DNA from: Trichinella spiralis
Lineage: Eukaryota
Length of the DNA stretch: 64,000 nucleotides
Direction: 5' to 3'
Assembly (NCBI RefSeq): GCF_000181795.1
Contig: NW_003526945.1
Span: 62,001-126,000, forward strand
The notes under the pieces are model-generated. The model was not told the DNA's origin, ran no database searches, and saw only the letters and a list, made by a program, of their open reading frames with translations. Below, piece after piece: positions 21,004-33,426 of this stretch; positions within the stretch are counted from its first letter, which is position 1, and every line of letters begins with the position of its first letter. Made by a program: the position numbers and the translations under genes.

Positions 21004-23397
21004 GCAAATGAACAAACAAAATATAAACGCATGTGGCATGGCAAATATGAAAGATTCATTTCCTAACAGAGTGGCTTCATCGCTTGGACAAGAAAGAAAA
21101 GATGCTGCTAAGGGGCTTCATTTAATTCCACCAGACGTACTATTACTAGTACTAGATAAATAAGCTAATCAGCCTTTGAAAAGCAGCAGCAGCTCACTAC
21201 TGATAAGAAAACAACCAACGCAAACGACTCTATTCAAAAGTCAATTGTGATTTAAAGCTGAAGCTTGTTCGTCACCCCATTTCTTCTTATTAACGCGTCA
21301 AAATTCCGCCATAAGCCATATGCTTTATGACAAAGGGCAACTGATATATTTGTTAAAGAAAATATTTATCAATGAAAATACTTTCTTTCACATCTTTTCT
21401 TATACATAGTAAAATAGATTTTTTCCAATTAAAATTTCACTGATTGTAACATAATTTAAATAAAAACGTTATCATATTTTAAAATCAAATACTCCCGTTA
21501 ACGTAAATCAAGAAAATAAAACGCATCTTTACCCTTTCTTTTTTAAAATTATATTTATTAAATAAAATTATCAAATCTGCATTGTTGTTTACTAGTTAAA
21601 TAGTAGATAAATGCATAAAGGGATTAATATTTTGCTGTTTTGATTAAATACTGAACATTGAAAAAATTAATTAACCAGGATTTTCAAAATGATAGCAGTG
21701 TAGCTATTTATTTTCATTCAACTTTTCTTTGGCAAGAACTGATTCTTCAAATTCAATCACGTAAGTGGTACCATTGTGCCAAACAGTAGTTACTTTACAT
21801 GGCTAAAAAAACATCTATATGATTAATAGGTGGTGCCATATAAATATACTTATACAAAATTATTCAAATTTAAAACTGCTTCAATAATGCCTCCCGTAAA
21901 AGAAGCACAATTTAAATTTCCTGAAAAAGTAATTTCCGTTCATCAAAAGGCAAAGACAATTTGCATAAATACTTTTATATACCTTTATCTTTCGGAACAG
22001 ATATGAACGTATTCACTAATGGTTCACGCTCAATTATGTAATCTAAAATAAACAAAATAAAATAAATGCAGTTTACATGGCTTAAAACACTATTCACAAA
22101 TTCGTGGATTTTCACTATTGCGTTCCAATTTATCAGCTTCTTTACCAAATATACTCTAAATGATCAATGATAATAATTAAAATTAAAAAAAAACCATTAA
22201 AAACAAAAAATCTTACTTTGAAAAGAGTTGTTTTAATGAAAAGCAAAATTCCAAGTAATTTCACCTCTCTTTTATAGCCTTTATCTCGAAAAAAGATCAA
22301 ATCAACTAATTTGGAGCCGACAATTTTACCATATGATGCTAATCTGAAAAAAATACCAACAAATATGTGCCTTAAATCTGAATCACAACAATTTTTTTTC
22401 ATATATTACAAAAATTTATATAAATTGTCACTTATGCTCCAACAATGACACAAAAGCGATCATTTTTTACCGTTCATAAAAACAAATTCAATTTAAGCAA
22501 ATAACACCTAACTTAATCTACTCAATTCACAATAAAAAACTACCATATATGAAAAGTAATTAAAAAGTATAAAATTTGTAATTGCAATACAAATTTATTT
22601 TTAAAAAAAGTGGAAAAATAATGAAAAAACTGTTCACTTTGTTTGAAGCTCTGATATTGTAGTCACTCGACTCTGGCTATAACGAACAACTTCAGAAAAC
22701 AGCAAAGCAAATGTTGCTAGATTGATCTAAATTCACAACTGCAATTCAATAATACCAATATTAATATTAATTGCTAGTGTTACCTCATTTTTTCCTTTGC
22801 TAATGGTAACATCTAAAATGCCGGGTGTTTTGTTGGAAATTTTAAGAGCCATATTTACATTAGCTGACGGATAAATCTAACAAAAAAGAACATACAAATC
22901 ACTAAATCTGAAAAAGAGCATACAAAAAAACAAAACAGCATTAATGACGCTAATAAAGTATTTATGAACCCAGTAAAATACAATGCCGCAACAAGTGCAT
23001 AAAATCTTATTAAATAAAAATAAAATAAAAAGATAATTAATGCAAAAAAATTAAAAATCAAGAAAACATCAAAAATCAAATTCACACATATTATTACCAG
23101 TAGTTCGAAACTATCAGTACATAAATACTGTACAAAAAATTAATAAAGCAAGCTCAATTAAGACGCTATTTAATGTTATTAGAAAATTAAGCACATAATA
23201 ATGTTAAAAAACAACTAACTGAGATGAACTAAAAACTTATTTTAATTTCTTTCATTTTTGAAACAGCAGTTTACGTCAACCATAATTTAGTTTTAAATGG
23301 AACATAATTATTTATTACTGTACTACCGTATGAATATTTTGCATGTTGAAGATGATGCAACCGTAGTACTATACTTTAATCTTTATTTTTTATTCTA

Positions 23398-24359
23398 ATG
23401 AAAATGAATGCCCACATATTGGAAAGTGCAAGCACAGCTGACATACTGAAGTTGATGCGATATAAAATCATCTTATTTGTGTTATTCATGTGGAGCACCA
23501 TTTGTCGGGTAAGTTTTATGTGGTGTAGCATTACTTGATAAATATTTTTTGAATTTACTTAGGCCCAGTTTGAAGAAACAAGATGCCGTTGCGCTTGTCC
23601 TAGTCCTTCTGTGGTTCGAGCAAATCATTCGGAACGTATGCTTTATATCAAAAGTGTGGCTGCACAGTTTTGGTAAGAAAATTTTAAAATTTGCATTTAT
23701 TGTCATGTTTTTTAATGACATCTGATGGTCAATTTATTTTATATTTTTCAGTACGTGTGACGTGGTAGTCATACCGCAACTGGAAGTTAAAATTGAACAA
23801 AGCAAAGTTGAAGAATTTTGTGTTCAATGTGAATGCAAGTTTCAGAGTCGAAATACTACTTTGATCAAAGTGAGTAATCAAGATAAACTTTTTGTTTCAC
23901 TTGATTTTCTTTACTTTTATTTTTTATTTATTGAATTACATTTTCATCAGTTAATTATAATAACTTTATTTAGGTATCTGTTATCATTACAATTTGTGTC
24001 ATTAGCGTATTAGCTATATACATGCTATTTTTGCAATGTCTAAACCCACTTTTATTGCGACCTCGAAGGCTTTTCGCTTATGCGAAGCACGTCGAGGAAG
24101 ATATAAGTGAAGATATGGTACTTGATGATATGACTTGGAAAAATGATTTAATTGTATAATGAGAAAATTATTTCAGGAAAATATTTTTGCAGCACCTATT
24201 AGTGCTGAAGCTATCCAACAACAGTCTACAAGCTATGCCAGGCAACGGGTACCAAATGAAAGTGTGCTCAAACGAATGGAAGTTCAGCAAAGTCGGTGGA
24301 TGGCGAACGTCGAACAGCAGCGCAAAAAAATCTTCAAAGAGCATTCAATGTTGAACTGA
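23398..24359 (+). CDS. TMEM9: TMEM9-family protein (5 exons)
   Basis: Signal peptide, FEETRCRCACP, CVQCECKFQSRNTTLIKV, a TM segment, and C-terminal QSRWMANVEQQRKKIFKEHSMLN typical of TMEM9. The start could be the downstream Met near 23455. Confidence 0.9.
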
Positions 24360-24577
24360 CTAGAATTTTTGCATGATTGAATATTTTTGCACTGAAAAAT
24401 TGTATTGAATAAATTTTTTTCTGTTTTCAAAATATGTATATGTTGGCAGTTGTAATATTTGGGTTGAAAGACACTGTAAGGCTGTTGTGATGATGCAAAA
24501 AGATTGGAAAACAATTTGAATGTGAAAAAATGACATAAATATATCAGACAGCAAAAGAATAAGTTGGAAATTAAATT

Positions 24578-25024
24578 TCACAGGGAACATGTTTGAGTAG
24601 ATGCATCGTAGCATCGATCACCGCAACATTTGGCATTAGACCCATGCGCACAGCGCGTTACTGGCCGACCTTGGCAGCAGATTTGTCTGTCCAAATCAAT
24701 ACAACTTCTTCCGCAACATCCAGCAGCTGGTGCACATCTAGGAAGAATGGCTTCATCACAGCACAACTGTTGATCACTTTTATAACAACGATATCCACAA
24801 CAAGCAGCATAAAATTGGCTGCACTTATCCACTAAACGTCTGTTGCAACACATGCTATTGCCTTCACTGTAACATCGTTTTCCACAACATTTATGAGATA
24901 TGCGTTTGGACAGTGGACATAATTCATAATCAGCGCAGCATTTTAATATTTTTGGATCGTATGGATATCCACGACAAGTTTGTTGACTGGCGACGAAACG
25001 AGTAATGATTACTGTCAAAAGCAT
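24578..25024 (-). CDS. Small secreted cysteine-rich protein with galaxin-like di-cysteine repeats, single exon
   Basis: 148 aa with a hydrophobic N-terminus and repeats of CCGxRCYxxxxxxCC. Confidence 0.8.
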   Translation of the reverse strand: MLLTVIITRFVASQQTCRGYPYDPKILKCCADYELCPLSKRISHKCCGKRCYSEGNSMCCNRRLVDKCSQFYAACCGYRCYKSDQQLCCDEAILPRCAPAAGCCGRSCIDLDRQICCQGRPVTRCAHGSNAKCCGDRCYDASTQTCSL

Positions 25025-26817
25025 GCTTTTATGTATAACTCCGGATTTTAAAATAATTGAATTAAAATCATAAAGAAGAAAGGGATTTTTGCTTGTTTTT
25101 GTTGATCCAAGTTAAAAGTGAATAAGGAAAAATATTGCACAGTAGTGGAAATAATGACAAAGAATGCTTACCAAACTGAGTGAACAGAACGAGCACAAAG
25201 ATGCTGTTATTAAATTGGCGATCGCTGTGAATAATAGATGGCATTGTTGAGACTAGAAAATAACAAAACAAAAACAATGTATACTCTCCGTTGGAGCACC
25301 AACTATAGCAAGAGATTCAGTGGTGATTAGTTAAGTGAATAATGGGCAACAATGTGCTTTTGGAATCAGTTTTCTCATGCTATTAATTTTAACAGTTCTT
25401 TTTGAAAAGAAATATTCATGAAGCTTGTGTCAAACTGGTCTGCCAGACCACCGTTGCCCTGATTCAGACGACCAGAATATGTCTACCAGAATACCAGACG
25501 ATTTGCTCAACCAAGGTGAAAAGTGCTTTAACTCCTCCGGCCAATTTTCACCTTAGGCTAGGCAAAATTGCCATCTGCCACAACTTTAAAGGTAAATTGT
25601 TCAAATGCCGGACAGCAACGATGCAATAATAACAATTATGCTGACATAAAAAATTAATCGGCTGCATCGAAAAAAAGTCACGCAAGGATAAATTCATTCA
25701 CAACTGACAACAATTCGCTACCATTGTGTCCCTTACCTAGACCAAATATTAACAACTTATCCTTACAATAAACAACCTGAATTTAAAATAAATAAGTCTT
25801 TTATAACCACATGTTTCAGCGCAAACATTAAAAATATTTGACATGATTTACGTATTGTATTTTTTACAAAATGCCAATGGTCTGTTTTGTCTGTTGTATA
25901 TTTCTACCGACATTTCTCAATTATAAAAAATCAGCAGTGTGAATTTTTGATTTTTACTGCTAAGAAAGAAAGTCTATTGCTTTTTTAAGATTTTCCATAT
26001 AAAATTAAAATGTTAAAATTGATAAATATTTAATTTAAAAACAAAACAAAAATTATTCAGAGATACTTTGAACCTGAAAGTTTTTACATACAGTATGAAA
26101 ATAATCAAGTTTAGAAGTTGAATTAAAAAAAGAACCAAAAAGAAACTTTCTTTAATATAGCGTTCATTTGGAATTAAGCATATGTTAATGATATTAATGA
26201 TATGAGGATGGTTTCTTTATCGTGTGCATGTTGTTGCACTAAAGTTGATATTGAGAGCAGATTTTTCTTTCTTTATGTAACTAAGCTTAAATTGTTTAAA
26301 TTTATTGGAACATTATTGTTATAAGGTTAAATTAAATATAAAGCAAAACGTATTGTTAGCATTTACAGAGACAATAGAGGAGCAAATATATTTGTCCTAT
26401 TAAATGTTTTGTTAAACGTCAGGGGTATACATGTGACACTGAAAGCATTGCCTACAATTAAGCACCAGTGATGTTGAAAAAGAAAAGTAGAGTGAAAGTA
26501 AAAAAATTAAATAATGACAGCGTTGATTTCAAATGAAACGGAAAGTTTCAGTTTCGAAAAATTGAAATTGACTTACGGCAAGTTTTTTTCCATTTGCCTC
26601 CACACATCATTATGGCCTGTTTAAGGGTTGTTGGTGTTTGTGCTGAACTAAAAAAACAAACATATCAATTAGAAAGACATCATAAATATTTATTAATATA
26701 TTTTAAAAAGTTTAAAAAACTGATAGAACTGAATACGAGAAAAGCATAAGAGGGAAATAATAGATGCATCAAGTGGGCTAGGAGAACAGTGTTCTGGATA
26801 AATAAGGTACATTTCGT

Positions 26818-28968
26818 CTAAGAGTGGAATAATTCAATATGGTGTGCCGCAAAGTAATCGGGGGCAGCGTCGAGCAAAAATTGCGGTTCGACAACAGTTA
26901 CATCTCGAAGATAAAGATCATTGGTAAGCACAAGTTCGGCGTAAAGCAAGCAGGCCGGCTTGTGCTGATACAGACAAGAAGATGGATGTATTTTGGCGCG
27001 CAAATCGCTACCCAGAACTCTGTATGTAGTCGCTTTGCCGACGGTGAATTGTTCGTCGAGAAAAGCTGCTTGCATGAAAAATCCATAGCACAGTGCGCGG
27101 CGTAGTATTTTCCAATTTTCGCCACAAGAAGTCAACGGCACTCCAAGGCTGTGACATATGCGTCGAAGTTGGGAGCATATTTTTCCGGCCGAATACAAAG
27201 CTCGATAATGCATGCCCTGCTCTTTGCACCATTCGCGACGTGCGTCGGATTGACTGATGCTGATTCCACGAACCGCTTGCCATGCTCGAAACACTTGAAG
27301 CAGGCGAATCAGATCGCCTTCGGGTTGAAAAAACTTTTGACTCCTACGACAAGTCTGCGCATCTTCATCATTTTCAACAGTCTCTTCCACAAATACGGAC
27401 CCAGCTGAGAGAACGGACACAATTTGAATCATCTCTTCGGAACAGTGCAATTTTGCAGACGCCAAAATCAACCTTGCCAATTTCGGTTCCACTGGAAATT
27501 CAGCCATTGTGCGCCCAAGATCGGTGAGCGATAATTTTTCACGGTGCACAACAACCGCTCCCAACTGCGAAAGCACGAGACGGGCCGCTTCCAAGGATTC
27601 TTTCGTCGGAGGGTCAATGAAATCGAATGTATTTGGATTTCGGATTCCCATCATCAACAACTGCAACAAGGTTCCAGTTAAAGAGCAACGGCGAATCTCC
27701 GGTTCGGTATGGTCGAGCAGTTTGTCAAACTTCTGCTCATCATATATACGATAACATTCACCAGCAGCTACACGACCAGCACGACCAGCACGCTGATCTG
27801 CCTGAGCTTTGGAAATGTCGACAACTTTAAGCATATCTATTCCACGGCTTGGATCGTAGCAGCGAAGTTTCACTTTTCCCGAATCAACAACATAACGAAT
27901 ATTGGGAATTGTTACCGACGTTTCGGCAATGTTCGTCGCAATCACCACACGGCGTTGCTTTTTCTCGTCTTTTCGCTTTTTACTACTGCTGCTGTGCTTT
28001 GAGGATTTTTTACTTTTCAATTTTCTCTTCTCCTTATCGTATTCATCATCATTCTTCTCTTTGAAAACACGCATCTGCGCATGAGTCGACAATCCAGCGT
28101 AGAATGGAAGTACAATCAACGGACCGTAAGTTCCACTGTTCAAGTGCTCTGAAGCTTCTTTGCATTTGCGTACGGCGCGTTCAATTTCCTCTTGACCAGT
28201 CAAAAATACCAACACATCCCCATCACCGGGCGGCTTGGTACGATGAAGCTGAAAAACAGTAATCAAGCAGTTCAAAACGTAATCATCGGTAAAACTTCCA
28301 CTGCAGTAAAATGTCTGTATAGAATGCTGGCGCCCTTGACAATAAGCAACCGGTGCGTTGTTAAAATATTTCGACACACGATCTGCGTCCATTGTTGCCG
28401 ACATTATGACCACTGACAGACTGTGCAATTTTCTCGCTTTGCGCTTTCTTTGGGCCTGCTTCACCACGCCAAACAGAACATCCGTATGAAGAGTGCGCTC
28501 GTGCGCTTCGTCCAATATGACAAATGAATAACGTTCCAACATTGGGTCAAACATCGCTTCACGAATAAGCATTCCGTCGGTCAAGTAGAAAATTTGAGTC
28601 TGAGAAGATGCAACTTCATCAAAGCGGACAGAATAGCCGACTTCTTGGCCAAGATGAACGTTCATCTCTTCTGAAACGCGCTTAGCCAAAGTGACCGCTG
28701 CAACCCGACGAGGTTGAGTAATGCCAATAACCATACCATCGTGCAACCATTCATCGTATATAATCTGAGGTATTTGAGTGCTTTTACCGCAACCAGTTTC
28801 ACCAATAATTATCAATGATTGATTATCCTTCAACAATCTCAGTATTTTCTCTTTACAAGCATATATTGGAAGCTTCTGACGCGCTTGTTTCAACTTTTCA
28901 ACATGCGGTCGTGAATGCTTCTTCTTTTTCGATTCTGACTTTTTCTTCTTCCTGTGCTTCCTTGACAT
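26818..28968 (-). CDS. DHX33: DEAH-box RNA helicase, DHX33-like, single exon
   Basis: Motifs GETGCGKST, TQPRRVAA, TDGML, DEAH, SAT, ATNIAETS and QRAGRAGR, followed by HA2/OB regions. It has a short basic N-terminus with no S1 domain. Confidence 0.85.
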   Translation of the reverse strand: MSRKHRKKKKSESKKKKHSRPHVEKLKQARQKLPIYACKEKILRLLKDNQSLIIIGETGCGKSTQIPQIIYDEWLHDGMVIGITQPRRVAAVTLAKRVSEEMNVHLGQEVGYSVRFDEVASSQTQIFYLTDGMLIREAMFDPMLERYSFVILDEAHERTLHTDVLFGVVKQAQRKRKARKLHSLSVVIMSATMDADRVSKYFNNAPVAYCQGRQHSIQTFYCSGSFTDDYVLNCLITVFQLHRTKPPGDGDVLVFLTGQEEIERAVRKCKEASEHLNSGTYGPLIVLPFYAGLSTHAQMRVFKEKNDDEYDKEKRKLKSKKSSKHSSSSKKRKDEKKQRRVVIATNIAETSVTIPNIRYVVDSGKVKLRCYDPSRGIDMLKVVDISKAQADQRAGRAGRVAAGECYRIYDEQKFDKLLDHTEPEIRRCSLTGTLLQLLMMGIRNPNTFDFIDPPTKESLEAARLVLSQLGAVVVHREKLSLTDLGRTMAEFPVEPKLARLILASAKLHCSEEMIQIVSVLSAGSVFVEETVENDEDAQTCRRSQKFFQPEGDLIRLLQVFRAWQAVRGISISQSDARREWCKEQGMHYRALYSAGKICSQLRRICHSLGVPLTSCGENWKILRRALCYGFFMQAAFLDEQFTVGKATTYRVLGSDLRAKIHPSSCLYQHKPACLLYAELVLTNDLYLRDVTVVEPQFLLDAAPDYFAAHHIELFHS

Positions 28969-29083
28969 TCTTTTCTTTCAAACTCTAAAAAAACAATTAT
29001 TCAATCAATAATCATTCAATTATTACGGAAGTGACTCCAGATGATAACAATCAGCTTATTGCGCACGCATTCACAAATATATA

Positions 29084-29909
29084 CAGTGGGCCCTCAACAT
29101 TCGCGGATTTGTAATGAGGTGACCGATATTATTGCAATAAACGGAGCAAATGAAGCAAGTCTCTAGGTCTTTATCCGATGTATCAATGACCGTTAATAAA
29201 TGGCCTCGTTCAGAACAACAGCAGTACCAACGTAGATCGAAAAGCCGAATATAACGATAACGAACGCTGCGAACAGACGGTTGGTTTGCAAAGCTTCAGT
29301 CGCACGATTCCTGAATTGATGGTAAGCTTGAAAACTGGTCCAAACATGTCTAGAAGCGCAGAACTGCCATCCTATGCTAGCACGGTCCAACACAGCGTTA
29401 GAATAACGCAATATTTGAGTAAAGACGTAATGCATAATGCCTATACACGTTTACAATTACTTATGCATACATACTGTTCATCTACTGTTAGCTTGCTAAG
29501 CAGCAGTTTTCATTTTATACTGAGCTTTGATCTTCCTATTTACTGTTTCCGTCTCTCTGCTTGTTATGGGCCGGAGCGAATTTTGGAATAAATGAAAGAA
29601 AAAGGAAGAAACAACTTGCGATAACACTGCTTTTTAAAAAAGATGAGCCGGTCAGTCCATCCACTTTTGACAAGCTTGCACGCAGGAACATGCCCACAAT
29701 TTAGACTATTATGCACTCAATCGTATGAATAAAAAAATTAATATGAGATAAATATTTAACATTGAAATCAGTAGCCGGTCCGTGATATCCCTTGCAGCTT
29801 TCAGACATTTGCGTAAAATTATAAGGCAGCAGCGGCGTGTATAAATTGAAGAGGCAAGTATTCGTGGTACCGACGGAACGCTTATACCGCGAATGTCAAT
29901 CAAAAACTG
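29084..29909 (+). mobile_element. Degenerate non-autonomous pogo/Tigger-like (Tc1/mariner superfamily) DNA transposon
   Basis: TA on both flanks. Left end CAGTGGGCCCTCAACATTCGCGG; right end reverse-complement CAGTTTTTGATTGACATTCGCGG. The internal remnant KRKKQLAITLLFKK (~29600-29642) resembles a Tigger transposase C-terminus. Confidence 0.72.
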
Positions 29910-31530
29910 TATTATGCTTTTACAGAAAAAATAAAAATCAAAACTAAAAACAATCACATGCAACATTTCAAAATTATATTAAAAAAATAAATTTCAAATT
30001 ATAATTTGATAACTAGTCCTGCCTGAACGATTAAAGTGAACAAACCCGATGAAAATATTTCCAACAAAAATTACAACAACTTTTATATTTCAACTTTCGT
30101 AGCATCATGTTAATAGTAAAAAGTAAATAAATAAAATTCTAATTCCAATATTTGACAAACTAAAATTTTGCAGAACTGTAACAATTACAGATGAAGATGA
30201 ACAATTTCACATTACAACTATTATTCTTCGTTTAATAAATACTTTCAATCACGTGTCAACTTATATTTATTCCAGTACGCAACTTGCTTCATTATTGTAT
30301 TAAAATAGTTTGTTAAAATATAACAACTTTTGCTAGTCAAAAACAATAATTCTATTCACTGGCAAAATCAATGATGTCTGGCAAAATAAAAAGAATAGAA
30401 CCTCTTGACCCATTTTTAAAAAAATTAAAAAACAATCAAAAAAACATCGTAAAATTAATAATAAATACTTTCGTAAATAAAGAATACAATAAATTTTACC
30501 TTACAATCATAACCAAATGCTCATAGCAGTTAATTTTGGCCGCCTTATAAAGAATAAACATGAAATTTCGGATACAAATATTAAAAGAATTAAATTAGTG
30601 ATGCATGATTATTAAAGAAATTAAACTTCACGAAACCTGCCATAAAATATAACAAGTCAATGCAAAACCATTCCCTAAACAAGCAAAATACAGCAAACAG
30701 TAAAAAATAAAATCAAGAAACTACAGTATACACCACAAATTAATTATCTTAGTTCAAGTTTTTGAGTGAGGAACATTACAAAATTATAACATTTGAATAT
30801 GCCATTTTTTATTTTAAAATAAATACCCATGTTGCATATTTTTGAATGCAATAACTAAAGTAAGCGTAAATAATTTATTGGAAATTTTCTTTGTTGCAGT
30901 GAATATTATTTATGTTTACATAACCTGGAAATCTTTATCTCCGCAGACGTTACAGCTAAAAAATGCATCAAATATGCAGGATTTGAAATAATTATTTAAA
31001 ATACGAACAGCTAAAAGAAAATAAAATTTTAAGGCTAAAAACTTCTGATTTGAAATATTACTTTTCACTTTTACTAGTCTATGGTTGATTATAATCGTTA
31101 TCATGCATTTCTCAAAAATACGCAAAAATGTTTCATACTGAATCGTACTTTACAAATAATTTGAATTTATCTACTTTACATATTCATTTCTTGTTGTTTT
31201 GATTCTTAATTATTGTTATAAGATACTGTAAATGCGGAAACTGTTAACTTAATTATTTAATTTGAAATTTTTTTATTTTCATTTTTTATTTTGTCACCAT
31301 AATGATTTTCTGTTTCTATTTTTATTTTTTTATTATTTATTAGTGTAAATGTTTTTGATTTTTATAATTTGCATTTTACTTGATTTCGTTTTTTATTGTT
31401 CTGCAGCTGCACGGGGTTTTAGTGTTAATAAATTGTTTTTAATGAAGTTTTTGAACGTCCAATTTATTTTCATTTTTTCCGTTACAAATTATTTTATTTT
31501 TTGCATACTATTTGAGTAGTTTTTAGAAAA

Positions 31531-32256
31531 ATGGAAGAATTCATACGTGGAAAAATTGATTATGTTCAAGATATGCCAAGACAAGGTGGATATTCTAAAA
31601 TATTTTATGAACGCACCTTCCCCAAAACTGGAATACCATGTAAGTTATGTTTAAACTATTTAACAATTGCAGTGTTGTTTTTTAAGGGTGGAAATTTGTC
31701 GTTGGTGGGGTCACTATGTTTACAATTGGAGCGCTTGGTGTTAAGGGTACTCAAAGACATAATCGGTATGCTTTTTTGTTTTTTAAATTAAATGATTCAT
31801 TTAAAGAAAACTGAAGCAAAATTTAATTAAGCATTGTAAATTAAATTACTTAGGATGGTTCGTTTGGAGGACAATGATGTTCGAATTGCTCTCGAGCCAT
31901 TCATAATGGCTGAACGTGATCGAATGTAAGTGCTTATACAGTTCTGATGAAAAAAATAAGCAAGACAACTTTGCTTTTTAAGGTGGTTAAAACTTCTGCG
32001 CTCGACGCGCGATAAAGAGAATGACGTAATGAAAAATGTCCCTGGTTGGCAAACGGGAACTTGGTATGGTGAACCGATTTTCTTTACTCTTGGTAAAGAT
32101 AAATGGTGGGATCCGGAGATGATAGAAGTGTACACTCATTCTCGGCCACGTCATATAAAGCAGCATGTTCACTGGCACGAGCATGACGAATATGCAGGAC
32201 CACATTGGTGGGACAAATTCATTCCTCATTTTCTTCTTGAAAATTGGATCAAGTAA
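31531..32256 (+). CDS. NDUFA13: Complex I subunit NDUFA13/GRIM-19 (4 exons)
   Basis: Motifs QDMPRQGGY, RIALEPFIMAERDR and MKNVPGWQTG. Confidence 0.93.
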
Positions 32257-32667
32257 ATTCCCATTTGCATCTGTGACATCCAACATCATGATGTGTACTT
32301 CAATGAATGCTTTTATTACTGTCGAACGAAATTGAAAATTTGCATTAACTGTGAAAGAGATTATATTAAATTTTGCTTAGACAATGCTGTATGGTTATTT
32401 ATAGAGAATTCTTCGTTTATAGCAGGAAGCATTTTCAAATTTTGCGCCTCAACGTGTTTGTTTTCTAAACTCATTACAAATAATTGTCATTTAAATTTTT
32501 TGCAATTTCGTAAATGTTAGCAGTGGGCATCTCCAAACAGCTTTATTTATTGTTTTATTAAACAAATTTTTCAAAATGATACATTTTGCGAACAAGCAAA
32601 GAAAAATGTCATATTTGAATCAATTCAAACATGATAAAATTAAGCGAAAAGTAGATTTTTAAATTAA

Positions 32668-33015
32668 CTAAAAGAGCAGTTCATTTTCTGTTGATATCGA
32701 TTGATATTGATCAGGAAGCTGCAAACGCTTTTGTTGTACCCTTAACTTCTTCAAATGAGGCAGAAGATTGCTTTTGGAAGACAGCTGAAATTTTTGGCAT
32801 ATCGTTAGGATTCTTTTGCAAGTAGAAAGTTTTTGATGCCATTCTTTGGCTGACACATCATTATCGATGATTTGTGTCAGTGTATGAGCGTAACCTTCAG
32901 GGAAGCCAATTTCAATACCGCAAGTAAGTGCCAGTTTCAAACCATGCAAGAAACCTTTATCACTTGCTTTCCGTGCACATCTGTCCTTGTCTTTTATCAA
33001 CTCTGCACTTTTCAT
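32668..33015 (-). CDS. Small protein with Yae1_N-like glycine-repeat motif (YAE1/LTO1-like)
   Basis: GFLHGLKLALTCGIEIGFPEGY matches the spacing of the GYxxG...GFxEGY motif. An upstream exon is possible. Confidence 0.5.
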   Translation of the reverse strand: MKSAELIKDKDRCARKASDKGFLHGLKLALTCGIEIGFPEGYAHTLTQIIDNDVSAKEWHQKLSTCKRILTICQKFQLSSKSNLLPHLKKLRVQQKRLQLPDQYQSISTENELLF

Positions 33016-33426
33016 GTAGTTCGTAAACTATAATTTGAAAGTTGCTTAAAAACGTCAATTATTATTACTGTTAATTTTTTCCATAAAATAATTATGATAA
33101 AGTATTCAAGTTAAAGGTAATCAAAGAAAATCACAATGTTACTGTACTTATTAATAATGAAGTTCAATAAATAGAATTTTTTTTATTATTTTCAGTGGTG
33201 TTTAGAAAATAGCAGTGCATCCAAAACAAAGTATATCTGTTTGTAATTTGCATGTATGTTGATATTTTAATAAATATATAATTAATAACTGAAATTAGCA
33301 ATTCAGTAAGTATGCAAAAGTAAGCTAAAAACTGTTAACGTTGTGACTTTGGTGGGCAATTGTTCGACCGTAAAATATTGCATCAATAGTGACGGATTGA
33401 TTTTCCTAATTCAGTCATTCAAGAGT

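Noticed and set aside
22142..23085. Hydrophobic F/I/L-rich ORFs (similar ones at 43266-43604, 48727-48975 and 49738-50207)
   Set aside because: Typical spurious ORFs of AT-rich intergenic DNA.
26839..28416. Many antisense and alternate-frame ORFs within DHX33
   Set aside because: Shadows of a GC-richer coding region with no recognisable motifs.
30350..30805. Possible small spliced - strand gene (MAYSN / FLDFIFYCLLYFACLGNG... / AAKINCYEH...)
   Set aside because: Splice-like sites exist, but I could not build a convincing phase-consistent model and saw no homology.
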